DNA from: Eledone cirrhosa
Taxonomy: Eukaryota
DNA length: 64,000 nt
Assembly (NCBI GenBank): GCA_964016885.1
Contig: OZ024745.1
Coordinates: 124,310,001 to 124,374,000, forward strand
Direction of reading: 5' to 3'
The number at the start of each line of letters is the position of its first letter. The first letter of the stretch is position 1. The notes beneath the pieces are model-generated. The model did not search any database and had not been told where the DNA came from. It saw only the letters and a list, made by a program, of their open reading frames with translations. This document shows, piece after piece, positions 1 through 13,140 of the stretch. A program made the position numbers and the translations under genes.

Positions 1-274
1 TCAGAAGTTATAGGTCCATACAGTACCATCACAGAAGAAAAGTAGGTTCCTCCTTGCTGCATGGCATAGTCTTGCTACTTACTTTTGTGCTTAAAAATTA
101 CGAGATATATATATATATTTTTTTTTTCTCGATGTGAATATAAGCTGAAATTTAATTTTTTAAGTTTTCAAATGGGGTTTAATCTCTGCAGGGTTTGAAA
201 TGAGAGAGCAGAGAGCTGGAATGAATACTGCAAAGCACCCTATCCAACTTTCTAACAACTTCACTAATTTACAA

Positions 275-491
275 CCCTTTAGTATTTAAACTGGCCATAT
301 CCGGCCAAAATTATCTCACCTCTTTCTGTTCAAACTGGCCATAACTGGCTGCTCATACTGATGTTAAGGTATTGTCTTCAAAGTAAATAATATCAAAATC
401 AGATTCGATATTATGGGAGATAATTATGTGAAATAAAGTGTTTACTGTGAAAATACAATAGTAAATATAAAGTAATGTAAATGCTAAAGGT
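275..491. mobile_element. piggyBac-like MITE (~220 bp)
   Basis: Ends ccctttagtatt...atgctaaaggt/ttaa. It is a reverse-complement homologue of 32171-32393, which has TTAA on both sides. Confidence 0.7.
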
Positions 492-1569
492 TTAAAATGT
501 TTAGTTTTACATGTATGATGTTAATTAAAAGAGGCACAAACTTCCAGTACTGTCCCTTCAATAAAATAGCAGTTTAGCTTATCAGATGAGTTGAAACGTG
601 TACAAATGTAAGTTCTGCCCTAATATACACTAAGAAAATTGCTGCAGATTTGAGCTCTAGACCTCTCTGCAGATAATCTAATTTCATATTTGCTTCACAT
701 CTTTTCATTACAAATAATAAAATGCAAGACATATATCTATACAAAAAATGGAAACTAGACTTATTATATTAGACTTTCATCAATTGTAATAGGGAACCAG
801 CCCCATAGTTTCTAATACTAATGGTATTATGTTTGAGGTTAAAGAAATAATACCATACAATAAAACAAAATTTACATTAATGGGAGCTTGAAAAGTTAAA
901 ATAATGAGAAATGGCAGAGAAGCTATTTATAAAAGTAATTCATTTAATGGTCGTTGCAGACATTTTCATTTCTTTTTTAAGACACAATTTAGAATGCATG
1001 GAATAAAGACATAAATAGTGATACTTACTTCATTGGCTTGTATTTCTTCTTATATTTTTAACTCATGGCTCATAAAGAGATAGGTCACTAGGAAGACACA
1101 AGACATCAATATAGGTAACAATGTTTTAGATTGAAAAATAGGATAGGATATTCAATAAAGGATAAATAAGAAGTATGATGGTTAACAAAATGTGAAATGG
1201 GGTCATTCTTTGAGAAAAAGAAAACGACTTATTGTAGCTGATTTCAGTAAGGGGGAAACTATATAAAATATTTATTGAAATTACAGGAAATATAATACAG
1301 TTTATAGTAATTTTTGTTGTTTAACATTGAATAAATAGCAACCAGAATATGTCAAGAGAGTGATTAAGTGTTTTTTGTTTATTTTAAAATAAATATTATA
1401 TTTAGATGTTAGAACTAGGGCGATATACTGAGGTACTATATTTTATATATCACTTGCTCCTCATGGAATTCCCCTCATTTGTTGCAGATCAGAGATCACA
1501 GGATTTTAGCCCGTCCTAGCATTATTGCTTCCTCCAATGGTGCTGAGCAGCATTGGTGGATGAGTTGGT

Positions 1570-1680
1570 GAGATCCCGCCGAGGTTAACTTTGCCTTTCA
1601 TCCTTACGGGGTCGATAAAATAAAGTACCAGTAATACACTGGGAAATTGCTGGCCTTGTGCCAAAAGTAGAAACAATTAT
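1570..1680 (+). mobile_element. SINE family A (tRNA head + Nin/Deu-like domain), 5'-truncated
   Basis: cccgccgaggttaactttgcctttcatccttacggggtcgataaaataaagtaccag...agtagaaacaatta, shared with about 18 other copies in the window. Confidence 0.9.
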
Positions 1681-1727
1681 CACTTATCACTTATTTATTT
1701 ATTTATTATTATTTATTTATTTATTCA

Positions 1728-1920
1728 GGGCAGTGGATTGGCAGTATCGGTAGAGCGTCAGACACCATGCTTTGCAGCACAGAGTTATGGCCCTTTACGT
1801 TCTGAGTTCAAATTCCACCGAGGTTAACTTTGCCTTTCATCCTTATGGGGTCGATAAAATGACGCACCAGTAATGCACTGGGTTATTTGCTGGCCTTGTG
1901 CCAAAAGTAGAAATAATTAT
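1728..1920 (+). mobile_element. SINE family A, full length
   Basis: gggcagtggattggcagtatcggtagag (A-box-like) ... gagttcaaattcc (B-box-like), Nin/Deu-like core, (ATT)n tail. Confidence 0.92.
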
Positions 1921-1934
1921 TTATTTATTTATTG

Positions 1935-2205
1935 AGGGTGGTATATTGGCTGTATTGGTAGATTGTTGAACAACATGCTTTATGGTATGTAGATACGTCC
2001 CTTTATGTTCTGAAAAGGATAGAGAGAGTGAGAGAATGGAAGTGAGAAAGAGCTATAGAGGAAGATTCGACCCCAGCACTTCTTTTATCGACCTTGAATG
2101 GATGAAAGGCAAAGTTGACATCGGCGGGAGTTAAACTGAAAGAGCCAAGAGCCGAAACATATACCATAAAGTATTCTATCCGACATTCTAATGACTCTGC
2201 CAATT
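1935..2205. mobile_element. Two degenerate family-A SINE pieces, + strand 1935-2010 and - strand 2063-2205
   Basis: Diverged head sequence and the ggatgaaaggcaaagttgac core. Confidence 0.75.
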
Positions 2206-2440
2206 TAACACCTATCTTTACTAATATTATTGGTTAAATAATAAATCTTACACCATCCCATTTCCATTCTTATAGTTTATTGCTGTATCTAAGATATCAA
2301 TATTAGACTTAAAGAAAGATAGGAGCTTAGCAATAACAGTAGCTACCATATAGTATTTGATGTCAGCTCTCAACTCTAGCGTTCACATAATAAGATAAGG
2401 TGAGATCATATACTGAGATAGATATGGTTCATTATATATA

Positions 2441-3062
2441 CTAGCAGAAAAAGCACCATTCGGGTGGTTTTCTGCAAGCATGTGTAGTATGTATATTGAT
2501 ATTATACGCAAGTATATATATATATACATGTAGATATGATACATCAAATAAAATCGTAATTGACAATATACACAGAGATTGAACAAAGACTGTGTTACAC
2601 TGTCTTATGTAATCAGTAACATAATCCATGATACATTAAAAAAAGACGATATTATATATAAACAGCATTAGGAGAAAATTAGTGACAGGAAATTAATAAA
2701 TAAATAATAAAATATATTTAATGAACAGCCACGAAATTTAGTAGATAAATTATGTAATATTCATTCATTATTTATTCAAAGTGGCGGTGGATTGGCAGTA
2801 TCAGTAGAGGGTCGGACGCCATGCTTTCCAACATAGTTACGTCCCTTTACGATCTGAGTTCAAATCCCGCCGAGGTTGACTTTGCCTTTCATCCTTACGG
2901 GGTCGATAAAATAAAGTACCAGTAATGCACTGGGTAATTTCTGGCCTTGTGCCTAAAGTAGAAACAATTATTTATTCAAAGTAATCCAACTTATTTTACT
3001 AATGGGATAAAAAATTATAAACCGTACACAGTCTCGCACTTCTTACTTTATTATAGTTTAGA
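2441..3062 (-). mobile_element. Non-autonomous Helitron carrying an internal family-A SINE (2781-2970)
   Basis: On the - strand it starts A|TCTAAACTATAATAAAG at 3062 and ends with hairpin accacccgaatggtg followed by ttctgCTAG|T at 2441. It sits in an AT site with no TSD. A partial second copy lies at 53870-54436. Confidence 0.8.
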
Positions 3063-3092
3063 TTGCTTAAGTATGTGTGACTTAATAATGGA

Positions 3093-3305
3093 TTCTGATT
3101 TGGGCACAAGGACAGCAACTTTGGGGAGGAGAAAGTCAAATAAATTGACACCAATTCGTGGCTGGTATTTTATTTTATCAACCCTGTAAGGATGAAAAGC
3201 AAAGCTAACCTCAGCAGGATTTGAACTCAGAACGTAAAATGCCATAATTCTATGTTGCAAAGAATGTTAGCTGACGCTCTACCGATTACTGCCAATACAC
3301 TGCTC
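3093..3305 (-). mobile_element. SINE, family-A-related subfamily
   Basis: Same head and core, with a longer 3' part (ggggaggagaaagtcaaataaattgacacc). Confidence 0.85.
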
Positions 3306-4684
3306 TTAAGTGTGACATGATAATAATGTATGCATTCTTAGGGTTAAGACTATGAAATTAGGAAGATTTATGACATCTAGGTCAGTGTATTGCTCTTGTC
3401 TGTTCAGAAACAGTAAAGATAAATCTTATCTTTAATCGTACTGAGTGAAGATAGGTGAAATGTCTACTAGTAATATACTGAAGTCAATATAATTAACCTA
3501 ACTCTTACTTTAACATATGTATTGTAAAAAAATAAACTAAAAACAACCACTAATAGGAATAAAGAATGGAAGCACCATGAGTTATTCTGATAGTCACAGA
3601 GAGGCAAAATGATGGTAAACAGGTTTTTGATTCTAATTTGTAGCTATTTCAAGTTTGCTTTCATTGTTAATGCTCTCAAGAATTTTATAAATGTCATGTA
3701 ATCTCATTTGTCTTCCCCTATAAAGAAGGAGAACCTTGGGTTTGTCTGTGTTGCAGATTATTAACAGAATTTGTGAGAATTTGAAAGCAACAAGCTAACA
3801 AATAATAAATAAATAAATAGTTAAAATAAAATAAAACAGGAAACAACAAACAATATAGAATCTCTTAAAATATAGCTGATATCGTCATCGAAAATGAAAT
3901 GTTAAAACATGTTTTCCTGTGGTAGTGGTGGTAGTGGTTGAAGCAATGATAATCATCATCATCATAAGCATTAGCATCATGATGATTTAAAAGATTTTGA
4001 TGACATGATGATGATGGTTATGGAAGTTCTATTGGAGATAGGAATGATAGCAGCAAGAAATAAGATAATAGTCACAAATTGAGTAACAAAATTGGTAAAT
4101 AGACAGGCTGGGGTGAGATTCTACTAGACGTGTGGATAGCTGATTGTTTGCATGATGTTTATATATTTCACCTCATTAAAATGAACAAATACAAATTTCA
4201 GTCGCTGTGGTATTATTTTAGACATCTTTCTCTTAAAATAAAGTTTCAGAAATGTTATCATCTTTCAACTCCAACCATTTCAGACATAAACTGTACTGCA
4301 TGACCTGATGTCAACATAGTTTGTTTGGTTAATTCGGTGGCTCTGCTGGCTGTCTGCAAGCACTAGAGAAGCAATTGAAACGCATGAAGCAAACAAACTA
4401 ATAATGATGAAAGAAAAACCGAAAAGAAAATAACATTTTTACTGTAAAAATCTTTAATGAAACAATGAATGTAATTTAAAGTTTGTTAGTTTCAGAGATA
4501 CCATATGAAAATAGCTTGGAGGTTCACTATAAAAAGAATATAATCAATGAAAGCTGAATTGGGGGAGGGCAGAAGTCAATATTTGATCTCAAAGTCACAA
4601 CTTATCTTGTGGCATCACATTGTTTAACTATTTTTGAAAGTAATTTCCTTTTAATTTTGTTTCTTTTTACTTCAATTTATTGTC

Positions 4685-5117
4685 ATAATAACTATATGGA
4701 TAATGATAATGTTAACAATAATGATAATGATAATGATAAATATAATGGCAGTTATCATAATGATAATGATGATAATAGCAATAATAGTTGTCACATTGGC
4801 ACAATAGCAACATATACACATACACACACACACATATATACACACTAACACACACACCCAAACTGGCACACACATATATAAAATATATAATATATATATA
4901 AAATATATTATATATGTATATATAATATAATATATATATATATATAAATATAATATAATATAATATAATATATATATATATAAATATAATATAATATATA
5001 TATATATATATACAATCATGGTAGCATGGAAAATAGACATAGGCTTTAAACAATGATGATGATGATGATATATAAATAGATACATATTTATAATATATAT
5101 ATATATATATATATATT

Positions 5118-5172
<55 letters not shown>

Positions 5173-5195
5173 TAATCATGATCATCATCATCATC
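4685..5195. repeat. Compound microsatellite region: (ATG/ATA)n, (CA)n, (TA)n, (ATC)n
   Basis: Seen directly. The overlapping ORFs are low-complexity artefacts. Confidence 0.95.
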
Positions 5196-5745
5196 GTTTA
5201 ACGTCCATTTTCCATGCTAGCATGAGTCTGGATGGGAATTGTCCCACTTGAGGCAAGATTGGTTGTCTTGCTCAGGACTGTCTGGTGGGTATTCTGCAGC
5301 TGGATGCCCTTCCTAACACCAACCACGTTTACAGTGTGGACTGGGAGGTTTTTACCGTGTTACCTACACGCCCACATTACAGCGTGGACTGTGTGTTTTA
5401 TTGTCGTAACACCTACACGTCTGGCGGTTTTCTATGGCTGGGTGCCCTTCACAACACCAACCACGTTTATAGTGTGTACTGGGAGGTTTTTACCGTGTTA
5501 CCTACATGGCCACATTACAGCGTGGACTGTGTGTTTTTTTGTCGTGACACCTACACAACCTCATTTGTTTCGGACTGGATGTTGTGGTACCAACATAATT
5601 TCACATTTTAGGGGGTGGTGAGGATGGGGTGGGGGTAGTGGGACGGGTGTATTTTGTTAGAGGTGCCTACTGACTGTAGGTTTCGCTTTGTACTTAGGCA
5701 AGGCGGGTCTTCTGTATAACTGTGTAGCGCCAAAGATCTCGTCGT
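5170..5745 (-). mobile_element. RTE-clade LINE 3' end (end of ORF, 3'UTR, (GAT)n tail)
   Basis: The - strand ends DLWRYTVIQKTRLA*. The UTR (ggatgcccttcctaacaccaacca) has an internal ~120 bp tandem duplication. Homologous to 28560-29250 and 48722-49080. Confidence 0.8.
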
Positions 5746-5963
5746 TGTCGCACGCTGGGGGGCGTGGCTCAGCCATGTTTTTTTAATTTATTTTAAATGT
5801 AAAAGAGTTCAAATATTTGGGCCAAAAGGCCCAAATATTATTCTTTCCCCTTCACAGGGCAAAGTCCAAGGGCTTACACAACAACAAAATATTCAATAAA
5901 TAAGTTTTGACAGGTAAATAAATAAACTTACGGGAGCGAGCAAAAAGATGCCCGTTCAGATTC
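5745..5963 (-). mobile_element. Orphan copy of the Tx1-like LINE 5' end
   Basis: Clearly similar to 10800-11046 (ggggcgtggctcag...gttcaaatatttgggccaaaaggcccaaatatta...acagggcaaagtc). Confidence 0.75.
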
Positions 5964-5976
5964 AATAATAATAATA

Positions 5977-6167
5977 ATAATTGTTTCTACTTTAGGCACA
6001 AGGCCAGCAATTACCCACTACATTACTGGTACTTTATTTTATCGACCCCGTAAGGATGAAAGGCAAAGTTAACCTCGGCGAGATTTGAACTCAGACCGTA
6101 AAGGGACGTAACTATGCTAGACAGCATGGCGTCCGACTCTCTACCGATACTGCCAATTCCCCGCCCT
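5977..6167 (-). mobile_element. SINE family A
   Basis: Full-length reverse copy. Confidence 0.92.
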
Positions 6168-6212
6168 CGGGGAATTTGAACTCAGAATGGAAAATAATAA
6201 TAATAATACTAA

Positions 6213-9200
6213 TAATGGTTTCTTTATTGGCCACAAGGGCTAACACGAAGAAAAACATTAGTGACGGCACAGAACAGTACAGGACGATACAAAGTGGGTT
6301 TTGGTCATGTAAGCAGGTTATAACAAAATTGGGCTAGAGATCAAAAAATTCAAACAACAAAAATTCCCAAAAAAGGGGGAAACCTCCGAGCATCACTCGA
6401 AGGGGAAAACCACACAAAAAGGACACGCCCACCCTGACCACCTGGGCAAGCACCCTCTCTCAGTTTTCCCACCCCTCAGCCTACAGGCACATACTCAGAG
6501 CGGGCCCGTTCACTTGGACCAGACTCGCCACTTTCACCTAGTCCTCCATGCAATTGGTGTTGACAGCAAATGGATCGTCTGACCAAACTTACTAGAAGAC
6601 AGCACTTACCTCTCGACCCTGATTTTCCTCTTCAAGTGAAACTTGAAAAAGTTAATCAGGGATTGGCTGAAGAGGAAAGTGTCCGTCTTCAATCCTTTCA
6701 ATATTGTCCACCACAAAATGTCTTTCGCCATGGCCACCAGGCAGATGAAAACTGCCTGCTCTTCCTCCTCTTTAAAGGAGGATGGCGGGGCTATCTGCAC
6801 AGTGGACTCAGCCGATAACCGGATCCGTCCTACACATGATAGCAGCTGTTCGACATAGCTTCACAAGTCAGCAATCCTCGGGCACTGAACGAGTGTGTGA
6901 TGGACGGTTTCGTCACCCTGCGCGCATCTCGGACAGGTTCGGCTGACAGCACCTGTTGAGCTTATCCCGAACTGGCAACGCTCCCCGGTAGCACTGCCAG
7001 GCCAGGAATTTCTGGAAGTTGTCCATAGGCCCCAGTCTGAAAGTTCTCTTGAAAAGAACGAACAGCTGATTGTCTTCGACGCCCAGGGTCTCCTCGAGAA
7101 GATCGCCGCTCTTTCTCTCCACTAGCCCTCTATAGAACGCCGAGGTGGATGTTCAACCGATACTATTGCCCAGCTGGTAGAGGGCGGTGAGCGCTTGGAG
7201 ACATTCCAGCTTCCAAGCGCTATCCCTCTGACTTTTCCTGATCCAGGACAGCAGCTCCGTCAAGGAGGCGATCTGGGGAAAAGCGCATCTGGCAAACAGC
7301 GACCACAGCTGTTCACCGTCAAGGAAGCACTAGAGATGTCGCAGCCTCAGCGCATGTTTGCGCATCATCAGCCTTGGCATGCCTAGTCCTCCATGCAATG
7401 GGCGTTGACAGCAAATGGATCGTCTGACCATGTGAGCACGTCCCTTCGTCAAAAAGCGGAAGAGAAGGTGCTCTATTTTAGTCAGAGTTGGGCGGGGGCA
7501 AGGTACGACGGTCAGGTGGTAGCAGATAACGGACACTGCGTACGCATTCGCTACCTCTGCCCGACCTTTCAGAGACATCCTCCTCTCGGCCCATTTCTAG
7601 GTGAGAGAGGCCACCCTGCTCGTCACCTCGCTCCAGTTTTTCTCCATCTGGAGGTCCGGATCGAACCAGACTCCGAGCAATTTAACCGGTCCTTCCGTCC
7701 AATGCCCCACGACGCTGTCGGACGGCATGGACTTGCCTCTCCAGGTGCCGAGTTGCAAGCTCACCAACTTTTCCTGGTTTATCTTTGTTCCCGTCACCGC
7801 TTCGTATTCCTTGAGAGCAGTGCCGAGCATCTGGACGTGTTTGGTACTCGACACCACCACGGTGACTTCGTCGGCGTAAGCTAACACGGATCTTCCGCAT
7901 CCCAGTTCGCGTGGGGCTCCCCTCATCGTCTCCAATTTGTGCAGTAACGGCTCGAGAACCAGTACGTGCAAAAGGGACGAGAGGGGGCAACCCTGGCGAA
8001 CCGTGTGCATGATGCTGAAAGGCTGCGACAAGTGACCATTCACCCTCAGAATCAAACAGATGTCACTGTGCATCGCAGCGATCCAGCCACTAAAAACGGG
8101 CCCCAAGCCGGCTGCCTCGAGGACCGCAGCCAAGTACCGATGGTCGACCCTATCAAATGCATTAGATTGATCCAAGTTGAACAGGGCCCCACCCATGTCA
8201 AGTTCCTTAACCACCCTCTCTATGATGTATCGCATGAGATGGAGGTTGTCGTGGATGGATCTGTCCGGGATGGCGCATGTATGCGCTTCTCCCACCAGAT
8301 CACCGACAACAAGTGCCAATCTCATTGCTAACACCTTGGCCAAAATCTTAAACTCTGCGTTTAACAGAGTTATGGGCCTGAAGTTGTCTATAATGTCCCC
8401 CTTGTTCGGGTCTTTTCTCAGCAGTGCCACCGCTCCCCGGCTCACAAGACTGCGAATGCTCCCGTCTGCTACCAGTTGCTGTAGACATCTGCCATGAGAT
8501 CGCCGAACAAGTCTGGCATATACGCATAAAGCTCGTAGGGTAGTCCTTCCAAACCTGGTGATTTACCCCTCGTGCAGTCAGACATCGCTTCCCGTATTTT
8601 ACCTGTTGTTATCGGCTTTTCGCAGCACCGTGCTGCGGTCGCCGAGAGCCGCGCAATCCGTTGAGGTATGCACTGAAATCCATATTCCAGTCTGGCCCGC
8701 CCCTGCTCCTGAACAATTGAACAAAGTGCTTTTGAAAAGCCGCACACATATGCTCGGGTTCGAGCAACATGCGCCCATTTTGATCAGGCAAAGACCAAAT
8801 TGTGGACTTGTTGCCACGTCGCGCCTCCACCACCTGGGCCCATTGAACGGCTTTCGTCCCCTCGTGTCTTAGAGCACGCGCTCTAGCTCTGACAACGCAG
8901 CCTTCATGCTTTGCGTTGAAGAATTGGTCGAGTGCCAATCTCGCCGCAAGCACACCGGTTGCGATGTCTGTCCTAAACGCCTATACTAGCATTATCTGAT
9001 TCCCTACAGAATACCCTATCTAAATACGATCTAGATGACCCGATGCGGTTTGCTCATGTCCACATTGGCACTTTCGGATAATCCAGTCTATACCAGTTCA
9101 AAACGTCTGAGCAGGTTGCTGAGGCTTTTACACCCTCCTACCCTGTCTACTTGCCCCACATAATCCCAGCGTGCATCTAAGATACCGTTCCAGTCGCCTA

Positions 9201-11046
9201 CTAACACTAAAAAGCGGGACGTTCCAAGATAGGTCACTAGACGTCTGAAGAAATCTGCCCCTGTTGGGGCCTAGACGGCTACTAGCCTGAAAGCAATGGC
9301 TCGCTGCCAGTCACGTGCAGTACCACCGACTTACCTTCTGGGTCCAGGAAGATGGCCCGTATGGTGAGATCCAAGCCTCTCCCAAAGAGCACGGCAACCC
9401 CTCCCCTCGATCCTGGACGGCTGGGAGATGCGTATATATCGTAGCCGCTGAAGATCGGTGTGAAGGCTCGTACTTCGGAGATTCTGGTCTCGCTGATGGT
9501 CACCACATCTATGTTTAGTGACCTGAGGTCGCTAAGCTGATGACCCTGCTTCCAAGATGACCCCAGGCCGTGTACATTTATACTGCCTATTCTAAGTACG
9601 GCAATGTTGGATGAGAAATGGGGTAAGTGAGAAAGGATCACTTACCTTGATCGTGTGGTGAAGGGACAGTAGAACCGTCCTTTTGGCTGGTCATGGGTGT
9701 TTCTAAGAGGATGTCAGTGTATATCCACTTGGAAACCGACCCTTACCGACTGCGTTGGGGAATCTTTGTTTTAACAGTTTGTAATTAATGTTCTATTTTC
9801 ATTTCAATTATGTTTATGTTTTTCGGGAATGTTCTTGGTGTTGGTGGGGTGTAGTAGTTTTTTTCTGTGATGTCTGTGTGCTGCCTTATATATTGTAAGA
9901 GTTCTTTATTTGCCATGTTTATGGCTGTGTACTTTTGGGGGGGAGGGGGGATTTTGTTTTTGTTTTCTTGCTGTTGTTTTTGGGTGTGTGTGTTTTGTTG
10001 TGTTTGCGATGTTGGTGTTTTTGGTGATGCTGGTGGTGGTGTGGTTGTTGTTGGTGGTGATGGTGATGGTGGTGATGTTGCTGCAAGTCTTCTTGCAGCC
10101 TTTACCCCCTCTTTGTTTGCCTTCGCTTTTGGACAGTGAAGCTAAGGGGTTTTTCCTGTTTTTTGTGGCAGACCATTTGCCACTTCCTTCCCGTCTCATA
10201 CTGCATGTCAGTTTCCGTGGCGTCTGGGAGAGGTATGAGCACAACTGTTGTTGGTGGTGGTAGTGGAGTCCGCCCCACCGATATTCGTGTAACTACTACG
10301 ACTGTTGGTGTTGCCGCCACTGCTGCTGCTGTTTTAATTGTCTGTGGCCTTGGGATGGGTGCCACAGACGTTGCCCTCCTACAAACCATGGAAGGGTCTT
10401 CTGCCTCTGTTGCCTGCCCTGCTCTTGGTAGCAGCAAATCAGGCGTCGGAAGGAGGGGAGCCCTCTTCTTGGCTGTCTTTTGTTGTTGCTGTTGCTACAA
10501 ACGGTGTTGTTAGTGTTGTTGCTGTTATCATTGTTGTAGTTGGTTGTGTTGTTGTTTTTGGTGCAATTTGTATTGTTGCTGTTGGCGTTGTCGTTGTTTA
10601 TTTTCTCCTGGTAGTGGTTTTAATATCATTGTTGCATTTGTTGTCATTTTCTTCTGTTGTCTGTATTTTGGTTGACGCTGTTATTGTTGTAGTTGGTGTG
10701 GTAATTTTTTCAAAATTAGTGTTCTCAGTGTTGTCTTTGTTCACGTTGTTTGTGGTGGTGTTTGTTGTATGAATTTCACTAACCCTCCTCTCAACTTTTA
10801 CGCCGTTGTCACACGATAGCAGACATATTGGTGGGGCGTGGCTCAGACATGCTTTTTAAAAAAATTTTTTAAAGTAAAATGTTCAAATAATGTTCAAATA
10901 TTTGGGCCAAAAGGCCCAAATATTATACTTTCCCTTTAACAGGGCAAAGTCGAAGGGCTTATATCCCTTACACAACAAGAAAAATTTAACAACAATAAAT
11001 TATAACAGGTAAATAAAGCGACTTACTGGGATGTCCGAACAGACCA
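6213..11046 (-). mobile_element. Tx1/L1-clade non-LTR retrotransposon, near full length, internally deleted and decayed
   Basis: APE endonuclease (IGSINVHGLG...TISET, 9282-9641). RT (NFRPITLLNAEFKILAKVLA, LDQSNAFDRVDH, VRQGCPLS, AYADE; 7597-8445). C-terminal domain and N/T-rich ORF1 remnants at 9650-10800. (AAT)n on both flanks. Confidence 0.93.
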
Positions 11047-11079
11047 ATAATAATAATAATAAAGATAATAATTACTTCA

Positions 11080-13140
11080 AGTAAACTGGTTAGGAGACCT
11101 GAGGAAATAACTGAAGTAATCAATGATCTAAATGTTGAGATAAATAACATCTGGAGTAAAGATACAGCCGTTGAGAAAATGAATGCTGACGGGCTAGATT
11201 TTGTTGATATTCTGAATCTAATGGTGGATGAAATGAATAATGATAGTGGAAAATTTATGAACCTAAGATTTGTAGATAGAAAAAGGTTAAAAGAAATGAA
11301 AGTTAAACAAGGTTGTACCATTCCTTGAGATGAAGAATCTTCACTAATGTAACAACATCCCAGAAACAGCTGCAAATTTGGTAAAAATATTGTTTTGACG
11401 AGGGAAAACAGATGAAAGGAAGTAAGAAAGGACATTGGAAAGCTTGAGTCTTTATTAAGCAGGACATTACAAAATGTAGATATTAAGGATAGATTGACAA
11501 GGAAATTTAACACCAAGGCAAAAAGACGAAATGTTGTAAAAGTTTAACTAAAGCAACATGTGATAGCCACGGATATTGCATTAAGAATATAACATCTCTC
11601 CATCTGATACTGCTAGCCACGTTCAATGACTGCTTGATGTCAAGTGAATTACTGCAGTTTATATAAGGAAAGACCAAGCCAAGGGAAATAAAGTTATTAA
11701 TTATAAACCAATCACATGTCTGTTCTTGATGTGAAAATTGGTAACAAGCATTATATCTGAGGAAATCTACCACCACCTCAACATAAACAATTTTTTGCTT
11801 GAAGAACAGAAAGAATGCTGATAGAAGTCTCATGGTATAAAACATGAGATACTTAGTGACAAGATGATAATAAGGAACTGCAAGAGGAAGCATACTGGTT
11901 TTGCCATGGGATGGATAGACTACAAGAAGTCATTTGACATAGTTCCTTATTTTTCGATAACCAAGTGCCTAGAAATCTTTAAAGTGGCAGACAACATCAG
12001 ACTGCTATTAAGTAATAGCATGAAGAATTATGGTAGAATCCTTGTGCAGAGTGAAAATCAAGAGATGTATCTTCCATGGAGATAGTCTGTCTCCTTTATT
12101 GCTTATCCTTACCCTCATACCCTTGTCCATTGTATTGCAAAGCATGAAGGTAGTATATGAACTGGGAAGAGGAGAGCTTACCATCAACTACCTCCTCTTC
12201 ATGGATGACTTAAAACTCTCCGGAAAGGAGAAGGAGTTCAAAGCACTTGTTAATGCTGTTCGTATTTTCAGCAATGATATATGTATGGAATTTGGTGTGA
12301 ATAAATGTGGAGTAATAGTGGTGAGGAGGGGTAGATTGAAGAAAAGCATTTATCAAGAAAAGCATTGATATACCAATGGGTGAGGTGATAAAAAAAAAAG
12401 GAAAAATGAAATAAGACATTCTATAAATAATATGTAAAACAGTCAAATGATATGTAAAACAGTCAAATAATATGTAAAACAGTCAAATAATATGTAAAAC
12501 AGTCAAATATTTCAATAAAATCGGTTGCAATAAAAAAACATTTTGGTGCTTGAGTCTAAGTTTCTTAAGAGAGAGAAGAAACTGATGGCATGGTAGCTGT
12601 TGAAGCAGAGTCTAACAGAAATACATACTGAAGTAAACATATCAAACCTAAACGTTGTATCTGTGGTAAGATTAATGAAACAATATTTCAAATCTTGTTT
12701 TATTGCTTCATTCCACCTTCTTGATAATACATAAGAAGATACAATAAAGTGGTTTTCTACTTGCCCTCAAAAATATATAATGAAATGAAGGCTCAGTAGT
12801 TGAGAAATAGTGCAAGTATTGCTTAGAGTCAGTTATAAAGAATGGAAATTGGTGAGATTCTGCAAGAAAATACATAGATATAAAGTGATAGAAGATAACT
12901 TTCCTGATATAATTACATAGATATAAAGTGATAGAAGATAACTTACTTATAAGACATCTCCTGATAGGAGATAACCTTCCCAACGTAATGTAATATGTTT
13001 AGTGACGTGGTTTGCTCAACAGACAATGAAATTTCAGTAAAGAATTTTGAGGCAGAAAAACTCTCCAAGTATAAAGACAAATACAAAATTAGAAATACAG
13101 AGTATAGACACAAACCCATCTCTCTCATTATACAGACCAT
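11080..13140 (+). mobile_element. R4/Dong-like (RLE-type) non-LTR RT fragment, decayed
   Basis: WIDYKKSFDIVP, IKRCIFHGDSLSPLL, INYLLFMDDLKL and DICMEFGVNKC motifs at 11864-12368. Outer limits are approximate. Confidence 0.8.
12426..12508. repeat. 20-bp tandem repeat, 4 copies (aaataatatgtaaaacagtc)
   Basis: Seen directly. Confidence 0.9.

Larger units (their letters stand above)
530..3790 (+). pseudogene. Possible fossil intronless coding sequence of unknown identity, interrupted by SINEs and a Helitron
   Basis: Hand translation gives protein-like frames with scattered stops: AQTSSTVPSIK*QFSLSDELKRVQM*VLP*YTLRKLLQI*ALDLSADNLISYLLHIF and FIAVSKISILDLKKDRSLAITVATI*YLMSALNSSVHIIR*GEIIY*DRYGSLYIA, the latter continuing across the Helitron. 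No motif recognised. Confidence 0.3.

Noticed and set aside
7393-8497. + strand ORFs of 90-196 aa over the LINEs (also 23811-25052)
   Set aside because: Antisense shadows of GC-rich LINE ORF2.
9867-10772. Hydrophobic V/C-rich + strand ORFs resembling membrane proteins
   Set aside because: Antisense of the (AAC)-rich N/T low-complexity ORF1 of the Tx1 element.
5745-11046. Direct repeats flanking an RT element, suggesting LTRs
   Set aside because: The enclosed ORF is APE-RT non-LTR type with its own 3' end at 6213. There are no TG...CA ends, PBS or integrase; the repeat is a second LINE 5' end.
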